A stretch of 64,000 nucleotides of DNA, taken from the NCBI GenBank assembly GCA_947624505.1, contig CANQKO010000001.1, forward strand, positions 8,948-72,947, given 5' to 3'. Shown piece by piece: positions 36,977 to 46,297 of the stretch (within the stretch, counting starts at the first letter, position 1; the number at the start of each line of letters is the position of its first letter). The notes under the pieces were generated by a model that worked only from the letters and a program-made list of their open reading frames with translations, did no database searches and was not told the DNA's origin. The translations under genes and the position numbers were made by a program. This stretch comes from an uncultured Bacilli bacterium (lineage in GTDB: Bacteria > Bacillota_I > Bacilli_A > RF39 > UBA660).

Positions 36977-37675
36977 TTATAGTTCAAAAGTATTTTTGTC
37001 TACTTTTACACCTGGACCCATAGTAGTTGAAAGAGTTATCTTATCAATAAAGATTCCTTTAACTGCTTGTGGTTTAGCTCTATTAATAGTCTTAACTACA
37101 TAATCAAGATTTTCAAGTAACTTATCTTCTTTAAAAGATACTTTACCAATAATAGTATGAACATTTCCATAAGAATCAGTCTTATATGTTACCATACCAC
37201 TTTTTAAATCTTTAATAACATCAGCAACTTTAGTTGTAACAGTACCAGTTTTAGGGTTAGGCATTAATCCCTTAGGCCCTAAAATGTTACCAATTTTACC
37301 AACTTCTGGCATCATATCTGGAGTAGCAACGATAACATCGAAATCAAACCAATTTTCAGTTTTAATCTTATCAAGCATATCTTTATCGCCAACATAATCA
37401 GCGCCAGCTTTTTTCGCTTCAGCAGCATAATCACCTTTAGCAATAACTAAAACTTTTTTACTCTTACCTGTACCATTTGGCATAACAAGTGATCCACGTA
37501 ATTGTTGATCAGTTTTTTTAGCATCAATATTAAGTTTAATTGCTACTTCAACCGTACTATCAAATTTAGTAGTAGATGTCTTTTTAACTAAACTAACTGC
37601 TTCTTCTTTTGTATATAGTTTATCGCTTTCAACAAGTTTTGAAGCTTCCACATATTTTTTACTATGTTTTCTCAT
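36977..37675 (-). CDS. rplA: 50S ribosomal protein L1
   Basis: 232 aa. [25 protein letters not shown]...[26 protein letters not shown]. Confidence 0.98.
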   Translation of the reverse strand: MRKHSKKYVEASKLVESDKLYTKEEAVSLVKKTSTTKFDSTVEVAIKLNIDAKKTDQQLRGSLVMPNGTGKSKKVLVIAKGDYAAEAKKAGADYVGDKDMLDKIKTENWFDFDVIVATPDMMPEVGKIGNILGPKGLMPNPKTGTVTTKVADVIKDLKSGMVTYKTDSYGNVHTIIGKVSFKEDKLLENLDYVVKTINRAKPQAVKGIFIDKITLSTTMGPGVKVDKNTFEL

Positions 37676-37730
37676 AAATTCCCTCCTAACTGTGGTTTAT
37701 TAGCGGACTTTTTATTTAATAAATTATTTA

Positions 37731-38333
37731 TTATTCTTGTTCTTCAGATTCGTCTTTATCTTTATCTTCATCACCAATTACTGGTACATCAACTGGAGCG
37801 TCAGCTTTAGCTTCTTCTTCCATAGCTTCAAGTTCAGCTTCACGTTTTTGCATTTCTTTTTCTTCTGCTTCAGCTTCTTTAGCTTGTTCAGCTAATTCTT
37901 TATCGTTACGACCAGCAATAGCAATACCCATATTACGAGCAGTACCCTCAATAATATTCATTGCTTCTTCAACAGTGTAAGCATTTAAATCTGGAAGTTT
38001 AGTTTCAGCTATACTTCTTAAATCTGCTTCACTAATTGTAGCAACAATTTGATTTGCTCCTTTAGCACTACCTTTATTAATTTTAGCAATTTTCTTAAGT
38101 AAGAAACCTGCTGGTGGAGTTTTTAGAACAAAATCAAATGTTCTATCATCATAGATAGAAATTTCACAAGGAACAACATCTCCCATTTTATCACGAGTTG
38201 CATCATTAAATTTAGTACAGAACTCTTGTAAATTAATACCAGCTGGCCCAAGTACAGTTCCGACTGGTGGAGCTGGTGTTGCTTTACCTGCTTCAATTTC
38301 AAGTTTAATTTTCTTTACGACTTCTTTCGCCAC
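37731..38333 (-). CDS. rplK: 50S ribosomal protein L11 with a ~59-aa acidic C-terminal extension
   Basis: GTG start at 38333 with AGGAGG 8 nt upstream. [34 protein letters not shown]...[12 protein letters not shown] is a full-length L11. The ORF then continues as [33 protein letters not shown]...DESEEQE. Confidence 0.93.
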   Translation of the reverse strand: MAKEVVKKIKLEIEAGKATPAPPVGTVLGPAGINLQEFCTKFNDATRDKMGDVVPCEISIYDDRTFDFVLKTPPAGFLLKKIAKINKGSAKGANQIVATISEADLRSIAETKLPDLNAYTVEEAMNIIEGTARNMGIAIAGRNDKELAEQAKEAEAEEKEMQKREAELEAMEEEAKADAPVDVPVIGDEDKDKDESEEQE

Positions 38334-38439
38334 GAAAACACCTCCTAATAATTTTCTTTGCAATGTGTTAAACGCGTGTGGTATAGGGCAAATCCGCATT
38401 CCCTCCCACAAATAACAATTAATACAAATTGCATGTCAA

Positions 38440-38468
38440 ATGATACCATAGATTTCCATAATATGCAA
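38440..38468 (-). promoter_or_regulatory. rplK-rplA promoter (extended -10)
   Basis: Minus strand: TTGCAT (38468-38463), a 17-nt spacer ending in TGg, then TATCAT (38445-38440). This leaves a ~100-nt 5' UTR containing UGUGG-GAGGGAAUGCGGAUUUGCCCUAUA-CCACA. Confidence 0.5.
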
Positions 38469-38616
38469 GGTAAATCTACTAAATTTTATCCTAATATTTC
38501 AAAAATATTATTTAATTATACTTAATGTCAAATAATTTTTAAATTATAAATAAAATAATAGCATTTTTCAGTATATTATGTTATGATTGAATTATATTAA
38601 GGATAGAGGTTTTACT

Positions 38617-39645
38617 ATGGCAAAAAAATTTTTTTATGATAAAGTACATAATACTAAGAAAACAATTATTCATCTAATTATTATTGGTGTTTGTGTAATA
38701 GGTATAATTATCTGTTTTGTAATCACATCAAACTTCCAAGGTGAAAATAAAAAAGGTGAAGTAAGTTTAAAAAGTGAAGTCACAATTGAAGTAAATGAAG
38801 AATACACTAATGAAATTTTCTTTTCTAAGATTGAAAATGTTGATATTAATACAATTAATGTAAAGTATCCTAATACCTTTGATCCAAGTACACCAGGGGA
38901 ATATACTGTTACTATTAATATTGATGGTAATGATTATGATACTAAATTAATAGTTGTTGATACAATTAAACCAAATTTACTTTTAAAAGAATTAACTATT
39001 AAAGAAAACGAGCCTTATAACGCTCAAGATTTTGTTACAAGTTGTAGCGATAACAGTGGCAAAGATTGTATTATTGAATTTTACAGTGATGGAACTGATG
39101 AAGATGGTAATCCGCTTGATTATTCTATTTATAAAGAAGAAGGTATTTACCCAATTAAGATATCTGCAAGTGATTATTCTGATAATCAAAATATTCTAGA
39201 GACAATATTAATTGTTGAAAAAGAAAGTGAAGTAATACCACCTGACCCTGGAACCGAACCTGAGATACCAACAGTTTGTAAATATGGTAACAATGATTAT
39301 GATAAAGAAAACTATTTATTAGCTCTTGATATTACAAGTGGGGGATGTGCTATTAGCTTAGATTTATATAATCAAAATGAAGAAATAAAGAAAATAATGG
39401 AAACGGAAACAACGAGAATAGTTAAAGATGTTCAAAAATTAAACATAACTGGTACATTATATTTAGATAGAAGAATTTCTGCTATTACTAACTTAACTGC
39501 TACTGGTTTAGTTGGTTATGAACTTAGAATGGTTTATACTTTTGATGATGGTAATGGTGGTGAACAACAAACTATTGCGGACTATAAATTAAATTCTGCA
39601 GGTAAAAGAGTATTCATAACTAACAATTATAATTTAGGTGAATAA
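38617..39645 (+). CDS. N-terminally anchored extracellular protein with Ig-like (DUF5011/HYR-type) domains
   Basis: I place the start at 38617 (RBS GGATAGAGG). TM helix IIHLIIIGVCVIGIIICFVI. PGEYTVTINIDGNDYDTKLIVVDTIKPNL and ISASDYSDNQN resemble Ig-like repeat motifs. Confidence 0.6.
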   Translation: MAKKFFYDKVHNTKKTIIHLIIIGVCVIGIIICFVITSNFQGENKKGEVSLKSEVTIEVNEEYTNEIFFSKIENVDINTINVKYPNTFDPSTPGEYTVTINIDGNDYDTKLIVVDTIKPNLLLKELTIKENEPYNAQDFVTSCSDNSGKDCIIEFYSDGTDEDGNPLDYSIYKEEGIYPIKISASDYSDNQNILETILIVEKESEVIPPDPGTEPEIPTVCKYGNNDYDKENYLLALDITSGGCAISLDLYNQNEEIKKIMETETTRIVKDVQKLNITGTLYLDRRISAITNLTATGLVGYELRMVYTFDDGNGGEQQTIADYKLNSAGKRVFITNNYNLGE

Positions 39646-39677
39646 AAAAATTATAGGTTTCAATAATCTATAATTTT

Positions 39678-40487
39678 TTATTTACCTTTTTTAATTAACT
39701 TAGCATGAATAACAATTCTGTTACCTTTATAATCATAACAAGTTGATAAAGTTAATATTTTATCTTGGATATTAACGGATGCTTTAAAATCAAAAATACT
39801 TCTTTTTTGCATATCTTCTAAAAATTCTTTATATAATTTATCAGTTTTAAATTTAGTTGCTAGATAATAACTTTCTTGTTCTATCTTATAAACACTAAAT
39901 ATTTGCCAAATCGTATTTTCTTTTTCATTAGCTAATTTTATAATACGATTATCTTCATTTTTAAACCATTCTTCAGTTAAAACATTTTTTAAAGATGTAA
40001 ACATTGTACCATCATTTCTTTTATGGCCATAAATAATGGTGTTATTTTGATAATCATATGCATCATTACGATAATCCATAAAGATCCAACCTGCTTTATT
40101 ATAAGATTTATCAAAAGAATGTCTTAAATAATATTTATTATCGGTTGTTTTGACGACTGGGTATTTAACACTTGTCCCCGGTACTTCTATATATGAAACT
40201 ACATCGCTATTGATCTTTTTAAGTTCTGTAAAATCTATATTTAAAAAATCACTATTAATATATTTATAATAAGAATCATTTTTATCATCGGGGAGATTTA
40301 CTAATTCATAAGTAATCTTATTTATATCTTCTTTAACATCTTTAATTTTTACCGCATCATTAACTAAAGTTATTACTTTTTTGGTATTTTTACTATCAAT
40401 AAACCATATCATTATATTAAATGTACTTATGATAATTCCAATGATAAATATCGAAACTAATATTTTTAATATAAGTTGTTTTTGCAT
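39678..40487 (-). CDS. srtB: Class B sortase
   Basis: N-terminal TM, then YPVVKTTDNKYYLRHSFDKSYNKAGWIFMDYRN, NTIIYGHKRNDGTMF, LTLSTC and RIVIHAKLI. All are hallmark SrtB segments. Confidence 0.85.
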   Translation of the reverse strand: MQKQLILKILVSIFIIGIIISTFNIMIWFIDSKNTKKVITLVNDAVKIKDVKEDINKITYELVNLPDDKNDSYYKYINSDFLNIDFTELKKINSDVVSYIEVPGTSVKYPVVKTTDNKYYLRHSFDKSYNKAGWIFMDYRNDAYDYQNNTIIYGHKRNDGTMFTSLKNVLTEEWFKNEDNRIIKLANEKENTIWQIFSVYKIEQESYYLATKFKTDKLYKEFLEDMQKRSIFDFKASVNIQDKILTLSTCYDYKGNRIVIHAKLIKKGK

Positions 40488-40544
40488 TATACCACCCTTA
40501 TTATTATGAATTATTTTTGGTATAATATTTATTAGGTGATTGAT

Positions 40545-41669
40545 TTGAAAAAAATTATTTTTGCTGTTTTAATAATATTAATATTTATTAGTATATATTT
40601 TTCCCTTAATTTTTTTACTTTAGATAAATTTAAAGATGATTCTAAAAATGAATCTAAAGAACTTTTTAGTGACTATTATACTAAGGCCCAAAAATTATTA
40701 GATACTTTAAATATCAATGAAAAAATTGGGCAAATATTACTCGTAAGACATCCTGATACGCTTGATGTAACATTTCAAAAAAATTATCAATTTGGGGGTA
40801 TCTTATTTTTTGCAAGAGACTTTAAAGATAAAACAAAAGAAGAAGTAATTAAAATGATCCAAGACTTGCAAAAGGTATCAAATATTCCTATACTTACAGC
40901 GATTGATGAAGAGGGAGGAATAGTATCAAGACTTAGTAGTAATAAAAACTTAGTAAGTGTTCCTTTTAAATCCCCTCAAGATTTATATAAAGAAAATGGT
41001 TATCAAGCAATATATGATGATGTAATAAATAAGAGCAATATTCTAACTAATCTGGGTCTTAATTTAAATCTAGCTCCGGTTGTTGATGTTTCTACTAATA
41101 AAGATGATTATATTTATAAAAGAACGTTAGGAATGGATACAGAGCATACTAGTATATATGCTAAAACAGTTATTGAAGCCAGCAAAATGACAAAAGTATC
41201 ATATACTCTTAAACATTTTCCTGGTTATGGTAGTAACAAAGATACCCACATTACCTCATCTATTGATGATAAAACTTATGAAGATATTTTAAAATATGAT
41301 TTACCACCTTTTATAGCAGGCATAGCTAGTGGAGCTGAAGCTGTAATGGTTAGCCATAATATTATTAGTTCAATAGATAATATTAATCCCTCTAGTCTAT
41401 CGCTTCCTGTTCATAATATATTATTACAAGATTTAAATTTTAAAGGTATTATTATAACTGATGATATAAGTATGAATGCTTTAAAAGATATTGACGATAT
41501 TGAAATAAAAGCTATTAAAGCCGGGAATGATCTTTTAATTACCTCCGATTATGAAAAGAGTTTTAATAATATTAAAAAAGCTTTAGAAAATAATACTATT
41601 TCAGAAGAAGAAATTAATAGTAAAGTATTAAAAATATTAGCTTGGAAGTATTATAAAAAATTAATTTAA
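40545..41669 (+). CDS. Glycoside hydrolase family 3 N-terminal-domain protein (NagZ-like beta-N-acetylhexosaminidase), membrane anchored
   Basis: KIGQILLVR, AIDEEGGIVSRL and KHFPGYG. Probable TTG start at 40545 after the RBS AGGTGAT (the ORF track begins at the in-frame 40536). An extended -10 TGgTATAAT lies at 40518-40526. Confidence 0.8.
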   Translation: MKKIIFAVLIILIFISIYFSLNFFTLDKFKDDSKNESKELFSDYYTKAQKLLDTLNINEKIGQILLVRHPDTLDVTFQKNYQFGGILFFARDFKDKTKEEVIKMIQDLQKVSNIPILTAIDEEGGIVSRLSSNKNLVSVPFKSPQDLYKENGYQAIYDDVINKSNILTNLGLNLNLAPVVDVSTNKDDYIYKRTLGMDTEHTSIYAKTVIEASKMTKVSYTLKHFPGYGSNKDTHITSSIDDKTYEDILKYDLPPFIAGIASGAEAVMVSHNIISSIDNINPSSLSLPVHNILLQDLNFKGIIITDDISMNALKDIDDIEIKAIKAGNDLLITSDYEKSFNNIKKALENNTISEEEINSKVLKILAWKYYKKLI

Positions 41670-41695
41670 CATATATTTTATTAGGTGATTTTTGT

Positions 41696-42148
41696 TTGAA
41701 TAATATTGTTAAGAAATTATTTTATATCTTCTTTCCCTTAATTATGGGCACTTTTGTTGGTTTAATTATTTCTAGTTATCAAGATTATGCTTTTTTAGTT
41801 AAACCACTACTATCTCCTCCTAGTTATCTTTTTCCAATTGTCTGGTCAATCTTATATCTTCTTTTAGGAATATCTTTCTTTTTATATCGTAAAAATAATA
41901 ACAATAGTAAAACCATTAAAATATATTATCTTAGTTTATTTGTTAATCTTTTCTGGAGTATTTTCTTTTTTGTTTTAAAATGGTATCTATTTACTATTTT
42001 CTGGACTATTTTATTATTAATACTTGTTATCTATCTATTATATTTATTTTATCAAGAATATAAACCAGCATTATATTTAAATATACCTTATTTAATATGG
42101 CTTATCTTTGCTACTTATTTAACTATTAATATTTATATATTAAATTAA
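41696..42148 (+). CDS. tspO: TspO/MBR family tryptophan-rich sensory protein
   Basis: 150 aa with five TM helices. PPSYLFPIVWSILYLLLGIS and the Trp-rich helices are typical. TTG start after the RBS AGGTGA. Confidence 0.75.
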   Translation: MNNIVKKLFYIFFPLIMGTFVGLIISSYQDYAFLVKPLLSPPSYLFPIVWSILYLLLGISFFLYRKNNNNSKTIKIYYLSLFVNLFWSIFFFVLKWYLFTIFWTILLLILVIYLLYLFYQEYKPALYLNIPYLIWLIFATYLTINIYILN

Positions 42149-42151
42149 TTT

Positions 42152-42189
42152 AAAAAAGATAATTAGATCGATTTTTAATTATCTTTTTT
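42152..42189. terminator. Bidirectional terminator between tspO and the convergent four-gene operon
   Basis: 12-bp stem aaaaagataatt / aattatcttttt with the loop agatcgattttt. T-runs are present on both strands. Confidence 0.7.
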
Positions 42190-42190
42190 A

Positions 42191-42433
42191 TTATCTATCA
42201 TCATCTTTATAATAATCATCTTCATCTAGATCTTCATCCACTGAATCTTCAAAATTATAAACATCATAATTCCCATTTCTAACTTCTTCTTTTTCATAAT
42301 CATCCAGATTATGCCAAGCCATTTCTTGTTCTATTCTTTTTTCTTTTTCTTGCTTTTCATTTTCTCTTCTTTCTTCATCTAATCCTAATAAAAAACTAAA
42401 TAATCCCATAATATCACCTAAATTTATTAACAT
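42191..42433 (-). CDS. Small highly acidic protein
   Basis: 80-aa ORF, probably starting at MGLFSFLLGL. The rest is E/D-rich and ends DEDDYYKDDDR. It starts 12 nt after the upstream gene. Confidence 0.5.
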   Translation of the reverse strand: MLINLGDIMGLFSFLLGLDEERRENEKQEKEKRIEQEMAWHNLDDYEKEEVRNGNYDVYNFEDSVDEDLDEDDYYKDDDR

Positions 42434-42445
42434 TTATAACTTAAT

Positions 42446-44107
42446 TTATTTATCAATAAGACAAAATAATTCATCATTTTCAATAACTTTCTTTACTTCT
42501 TTAGCATTCTTTCCTTTTATAATAACATATTCATTATTATCAGCTAAAATAAATTTCTTTAATTTTTGGTTGTTATTTATTTTTGTTTTCAAATCATTAC
42601 TAAATTCTAAAACAGTTACTTCCTTTATTTTTACTTTATTAAGTATCGTTTCATAATATTTAAATTTATCAATTAACGCATTTGGCATGTCTTCAGCATT
42701 ATCTTGCAAATAATTTAATATTTCTTCTAAGGTAATACCTAAATCAACTGCTTTAGCAATATTTTTAAATGATAAATCATAAATTATATAATTACTATCT
42801 TTTTCTCTAGTTAAGAAACGATCAAAAAATAATTGGTGTTCCAAAGAAATTGAATCATTTGGCACATATATTTTATTATTTTTAATTTCTATAGGAATAT
42901 TATTTATTATAACAGCTTCTTCAACTTCTGTTAAATTAAGTATTCCCGCCCCAAAAGGGGTAAGTTTAATATAATTTGCACACAAAAATTCTCGATACCC
43001 GCGATCATCTTCTGTAACATCAAAACATACATCAATAATTCCTAAAGCACCAAAAAAGTGAATTAAACAAATATCAATAAAAGGATATTCAAATTCATCA
43101 TAGCTAGCAGGATAAAACCAATTGTCATATTCATCTTTCCTATATACTCTACCTATATCATCACGAATAAAATCACTATTTTTCATTCTTATTTGTTCAA
43201 TAAAATCTTCAACACTTATCCATTTATCAATTTCTAATTTTTTTATAGCATCTAAAATAAAATCTCGAGCTGAAGAAAAATCATTATCATTATATCTGTA
43301 TATTCCCGAATTCATTAAATCAATTTCATTTATCAAGTCTGTTTCTAAATAGCAATTTAATAAAAATCTAATTTTTTCATATTTATTTAATTTGATATAA
43401 TTTTTATAATTTTTACCTAATTCTAAATACTCGTGTGAATTATTAATAACCCCCGCCGCTACAAGCAATTCAAATAAGCCAAGCAAGACCACCGTATCTT
43501 CCATATCATTAATTTCAAAAATGCTTTTATTAACATTTCTACTAAAATCCAACAGATTACTTTTAACTAAAAATTCTGAACAATTTTTCTTTGGCAACAT
43601 TTTTTTCTTATTAGTTAATTTTATTTTTTTATCGTTGACATATTTAATAAATTCATCAACATATAAAACAGTATTATCTTGAAGATCAATAAATCCATAA
43701 TGATCATTTAAAGACACATTATCAACATAGTTGTGATATTCAATTTCATAAGGTGGTATTAAAGAATCTAATTCTCTTCTTATACTAAATGGTACCTCTT
43801 TTTTTATAAAGAAAATGTTTAAAGATTTTAATTTAAAATATGATTTTTGATATTTTTGATCGATTTCTTTTAAACTTTTTTCCATTGGATTATACTTTTG
43901 TTTAACAATGACTTCTAAATATTCTTTTTCATAAGGATTCAAATTATCAAAAGTATTTTTTACCAAATCAGGTTCAATATAAAATGCGATTAATCGATTA
44001 ATTAATTCATTCTTATTACCACTACATTTTACTCCTATTTTTTTAGCGTGCTCACTAAGTTCATAAGTTCGCATACCATCAAAAATCAGTTCTAGTTCTT
44101 CTTGCAT
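42446..44107 (-). CDS. Hypothetical 553-aa protein with an N-terminal SAP/Rho_N-like motif
   Basis: YELSEHAKKIGVKCSGNKNELINRLIAFY fits the SAP/Rho_N helix-extended-helix pattern. The C-terminal ITLEEILNYLQDNAEDMPNALIDKF vaguely recalls the helicase-associated domains found next to XPB-type helicases. No catalytic motif seen. Confidence 0.6.
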   Translation of the reverse strand: MQEELELIFDGMRTYELSEHAKKIGVKCSGNKNELINRLIAFYIEPDLVKNTFDNLNPYEKEYLEVIVKQKYNPMEKSLKEIDQKYQKSYFKLKSLNIFFIKKEVPFSIRRELDSLIPPYEIEYHNYVDNVSLNDHYGFIDLQDNTVLYVDEFIKYVNDKKIKLTNKKKMLPKKNCSEFLVKSNLLDFSRNVNKSIFEINDMEDTVVLLGLFELLVAAGVINNSHEYLELGKNYKNYIKLNKYEKIRFLLNCYLETDLINEIDLMNSGIYRYNDNDFSSARDFILDAIKKLEIDKWISVEDFIEQIRMKNSDFIRDDIGRVYRKDEYDNWFYPASYDEFEYPFIDICLIHFFGALGIIDVCFDVTEDDRGYREFLCANYIKLTPFGAGILNLTEVEEAVIINNIPIEIKNNKIYVPNDSISLEHQLFFDRFLTREKDSNYIIYDLSFKNIAKAVDLGITLEEILNYLQDNAEDMPNALIDKFKYYETILNKVKIKEVTVLEFSNDLKTKINNNQKLKKFILADNNEYVIIKGKNAKEVKKVIENDELFCLIDK

Positions 44108-44129
44108 ATATATTCCTTTCTATCATTTA

Positions 44130-45686
44130 TTATAGATGATAATATTTAATAGACTTGTTATATTCTTCATCCACTATTTTTATAAAATTATTTCCCAAAT
44201 CAATAGCAAAATTTAATATTATTCCATCATAAACCAAATTGTTTTTAAAAGGAATAATTGAGGTTATTGTAGGCACTGGTAAATCTTTATAAGAAATAAT
44301 ATTATCTAAGTTATCATTTATACCTTTAATCATATATACTTTATCAATACATATAACACCAGTATATTCTTTTTCAAATCTAGCAATTATAACTATACTT
44401 CTAAAACCTTTTTTAAAATCACTAGCTATATTTAATTCTTCTTTATTAAAATTATAAGGGTTATTTTGACAAAATTCTAAAACAACTTTTTCTTTATTAT
44501 TCCAAAAGCATTCTATGATATCTTGTAATTCTTGAAGATTAAGATGATTTCTATTATATATTTTTAAACCTTTTTTAATTTTATATTTATTATTAGTAAA
44601 TTCTAATAAAGCAAAGTATATTTTATAAAAAGTCTTAGCATCTTCCTTTGATAAGCAAGCATTTTCTTGCTTTTCGTATTTTTTAGTTTTTTCATATTTA
44701 ATTAATTCACTTTCAGCTTTTAATTCTACTGCCTGATTTGGTGTTAAACCATTTAGGGCTCCTGAGGGCATCTCATCCATTGCTTCATCCATTATCTTAA
44801 AAAAATTTTTAAGATCATAATTTTTTAAATTAGGGACATTTGAGATACTTTCTTTTAATGGATTACGATCAATATTTAGAGTGGCAAAATATCTAACTTC
44901 ATTAAGAGCATTATTCCAAAAAAATGGCAACTTCTTAATTTCATTTAAAAATTTTTTAATTTTTTTATTATTTATATCAAAATCATTATAAAAATAAGTT
45001 TTAAGTGTATCTATATCGATAGGTAAAGTAGCAGCTAAGCCTTGCTTTTGTCTTTCTTTTTCTAATCTATCTTCAATATGATAATAATCTTGATAAACTG
45101 CAATAGGTATATCATTACCAAGGGAATCAAAATCTTTGTCATAAATATAAACATAATAATTAAAAACTTTATTATAATACATATGAGTAATGAGATCATC
45201 TTCATTTATACCAGTTAGTAAAGAGCCATAACTAGCAACACTAAAAAGAATAGCAGAACCCTGAATTTTACAATAACTAACTAGTATTTCATTCACAGTA
45301 TCTAATTTTTTAGCTACATCCCATTTAACATTTTTTAGAGCAAGTTTAACATTATCTATTATCTCATCCGGAACAAATACATTATCTATATCATTAGCTA
45401 TCAAAAATTTATTTGCTAACGCTTTTCTTTCCCATTCATATTTTTCACTTAATAAATCTTCCATTTTGGTTTGTTTATCAAATAACTTTTTTAAATATTT
45501 TAATTCTCTTACTGTACAAATATCAATAATATTTTTATAATCACTATAAACTTTATATATTGCCTCCAACATTTTCTTTTTTGAAATATTATCATAATTT
45601 TTAAAACTAGGCACTATTCTTGAATAGTGATCGTGAACATAATCTTTTCTAAACCAATTTATTCTTTCATTCATCTTTGTAACCAT
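44130..45686 (-). CDS. Hypothetical 518-aa protein
   Basis: A long uninterrupted ORF in an AT-rich background, with 18- and 22-nt gaps to its neighbours. No motif recognised. Confidence 0.6.
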   Translation of the reverse strand: MVTKMNERINWFRKDYVHDHYSRIVPSFKNYDNISKKKMLEAIYKVYSDYKNIIDICTVRELKYLKKLFDKQTKMEDLLSEKYEWERKALANKFLIANDIDNVFVPDEIIDNVKLALKNVKWDVAKKLDTVNEILVSYCKIQGSAILFSVASYGSLLTGINEDDLITHMYYNKVFNYYVYIYDKDFDSLGNDIPIAVYQDYYHIEDRLEKERQKQGLAATLPIDIDTLKTYFYNDFDINNKKIKKFLNEIKKLPFFWNNALNEVRYFATLNIDRNPLKESISNVPNLKNYDLKNFFKIMDEAMDEMPSGALNGLTPNQAVELKAESELIKYEKTKKYEKQENACLSKEDAKTFYKIYFALLEFTNNKYKIKKGLKIYNRNHLNLQELQDIIECFWNNKEKVVLEFCQNNPYNFNKEELNIASDFKKGFRSIVIIARFEKEYTGVICIDKVYMIKGINDNLDNIISYKDLPVPTITSIIPFKNNLVYDGIILNFAIDLGNNFIKIVDEEYNKSIKYYHL

Positions 45687-45704
45687 ATTGTATCTCTCCT
45701 CATT

Positions 45705-46181
45705 TTATTTAAAATTATATATTTTTTTTAAATCTTCTAATATATTATAAACTACTGGGCAGATTCTACTATTTTGAACTATAGTTAACAGGCTATATAA
45801 TCTCTCATCTTTATTTGTATATGGGTAATCTTTACATGTTGCTGGTAAACAATCTTTAATTTGACAACTGTTATCATCATTTAAAAATGGACAAGGTGAT
45901 GCAACATATTCACCATATTTTTCTTTTAATTGTTTTTTTAATTTAGCCATATCCCAATTATAATATTTACATATTTTATTCAATTCGTTTTCACTAAGAG
46001 AAATTCCCAAAGTTTTGCAACAATTTCGGCATTTACTACAATCAATATTTTTAAAATGCTTATTATGTAATTCTTTAAATTGTTTATCTAGAGTTTTTTC
46101 ATCAGCATTATTTTTTAAATAAACTCTAAATTTATAATTTTCATCTAGCTTTTTTTCACTTATTTCTTTTACTTCAATCAT
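45705..46181 (-). CDS. YkgJ-family CxxCxxCC zinc/iron-chelating domain protein
   Basis: The CSKCRNCC motif plus the downstream PCPFLNDDNSCQIKDCLPATCKDYP Cys cluster. Confidence 0.75.
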   Translation of the reverse strand: MIEVKEISEKKLDENYKFRVYLKNNADEKTLDKQFKELHNKHFKNIDCSKCRNCCKTLGISLSENELNKICKYYNWDMAKLKKQLKEKYGEYVASPCPFLNDDNSCQIKDCLPATCKDYPYTNKDERLYSLLTIVQNSRICPVVYNILEDLKKIYNFK

Positions 46182-46216
46182 AATTACTCCTTACATAAAA
46201 GTTTTTTCCTAAATTT

Positions 46217-46245
46217 ATTATATCTATTTTTACTAAGAATGTAAA
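46217..46245 (-). promoter_or_regulatory. Promoter of the four-gene operon
   Basis: Minus strand: TTTACA (46245-46240), a 17-nt spacer, then TATAAT (46222-46217). Confidence 0.6.
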
Positions 46246-46258
46246 CTTAATTTTTACA

Positions 46259-46290
46259 TTAAAAAACTGCTCACTTCCATATGAACAGTT
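46259..46290 (-). terminator. Terminator of the sortase/substrate unit
   Basis: Minus-strand RNA: ACUGUUC-auauggaag-GAGCAGU (7 bp, one G-U pair), followed by UUUUUU. Confidence 0.6.
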
Positions 46291-46297
46291 CACTAAA

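Noticed and set aside
38334-38411. The 26-aa N-terminal extension of rplK in the ORF track ([26 protein letters not shown])
   Set aside because: A GTG at 38333 preceded by AGGAGG gives the canonical L11 N-terminus ([10 protein letters not shown]...). The extension would cover the RBS and the leader.
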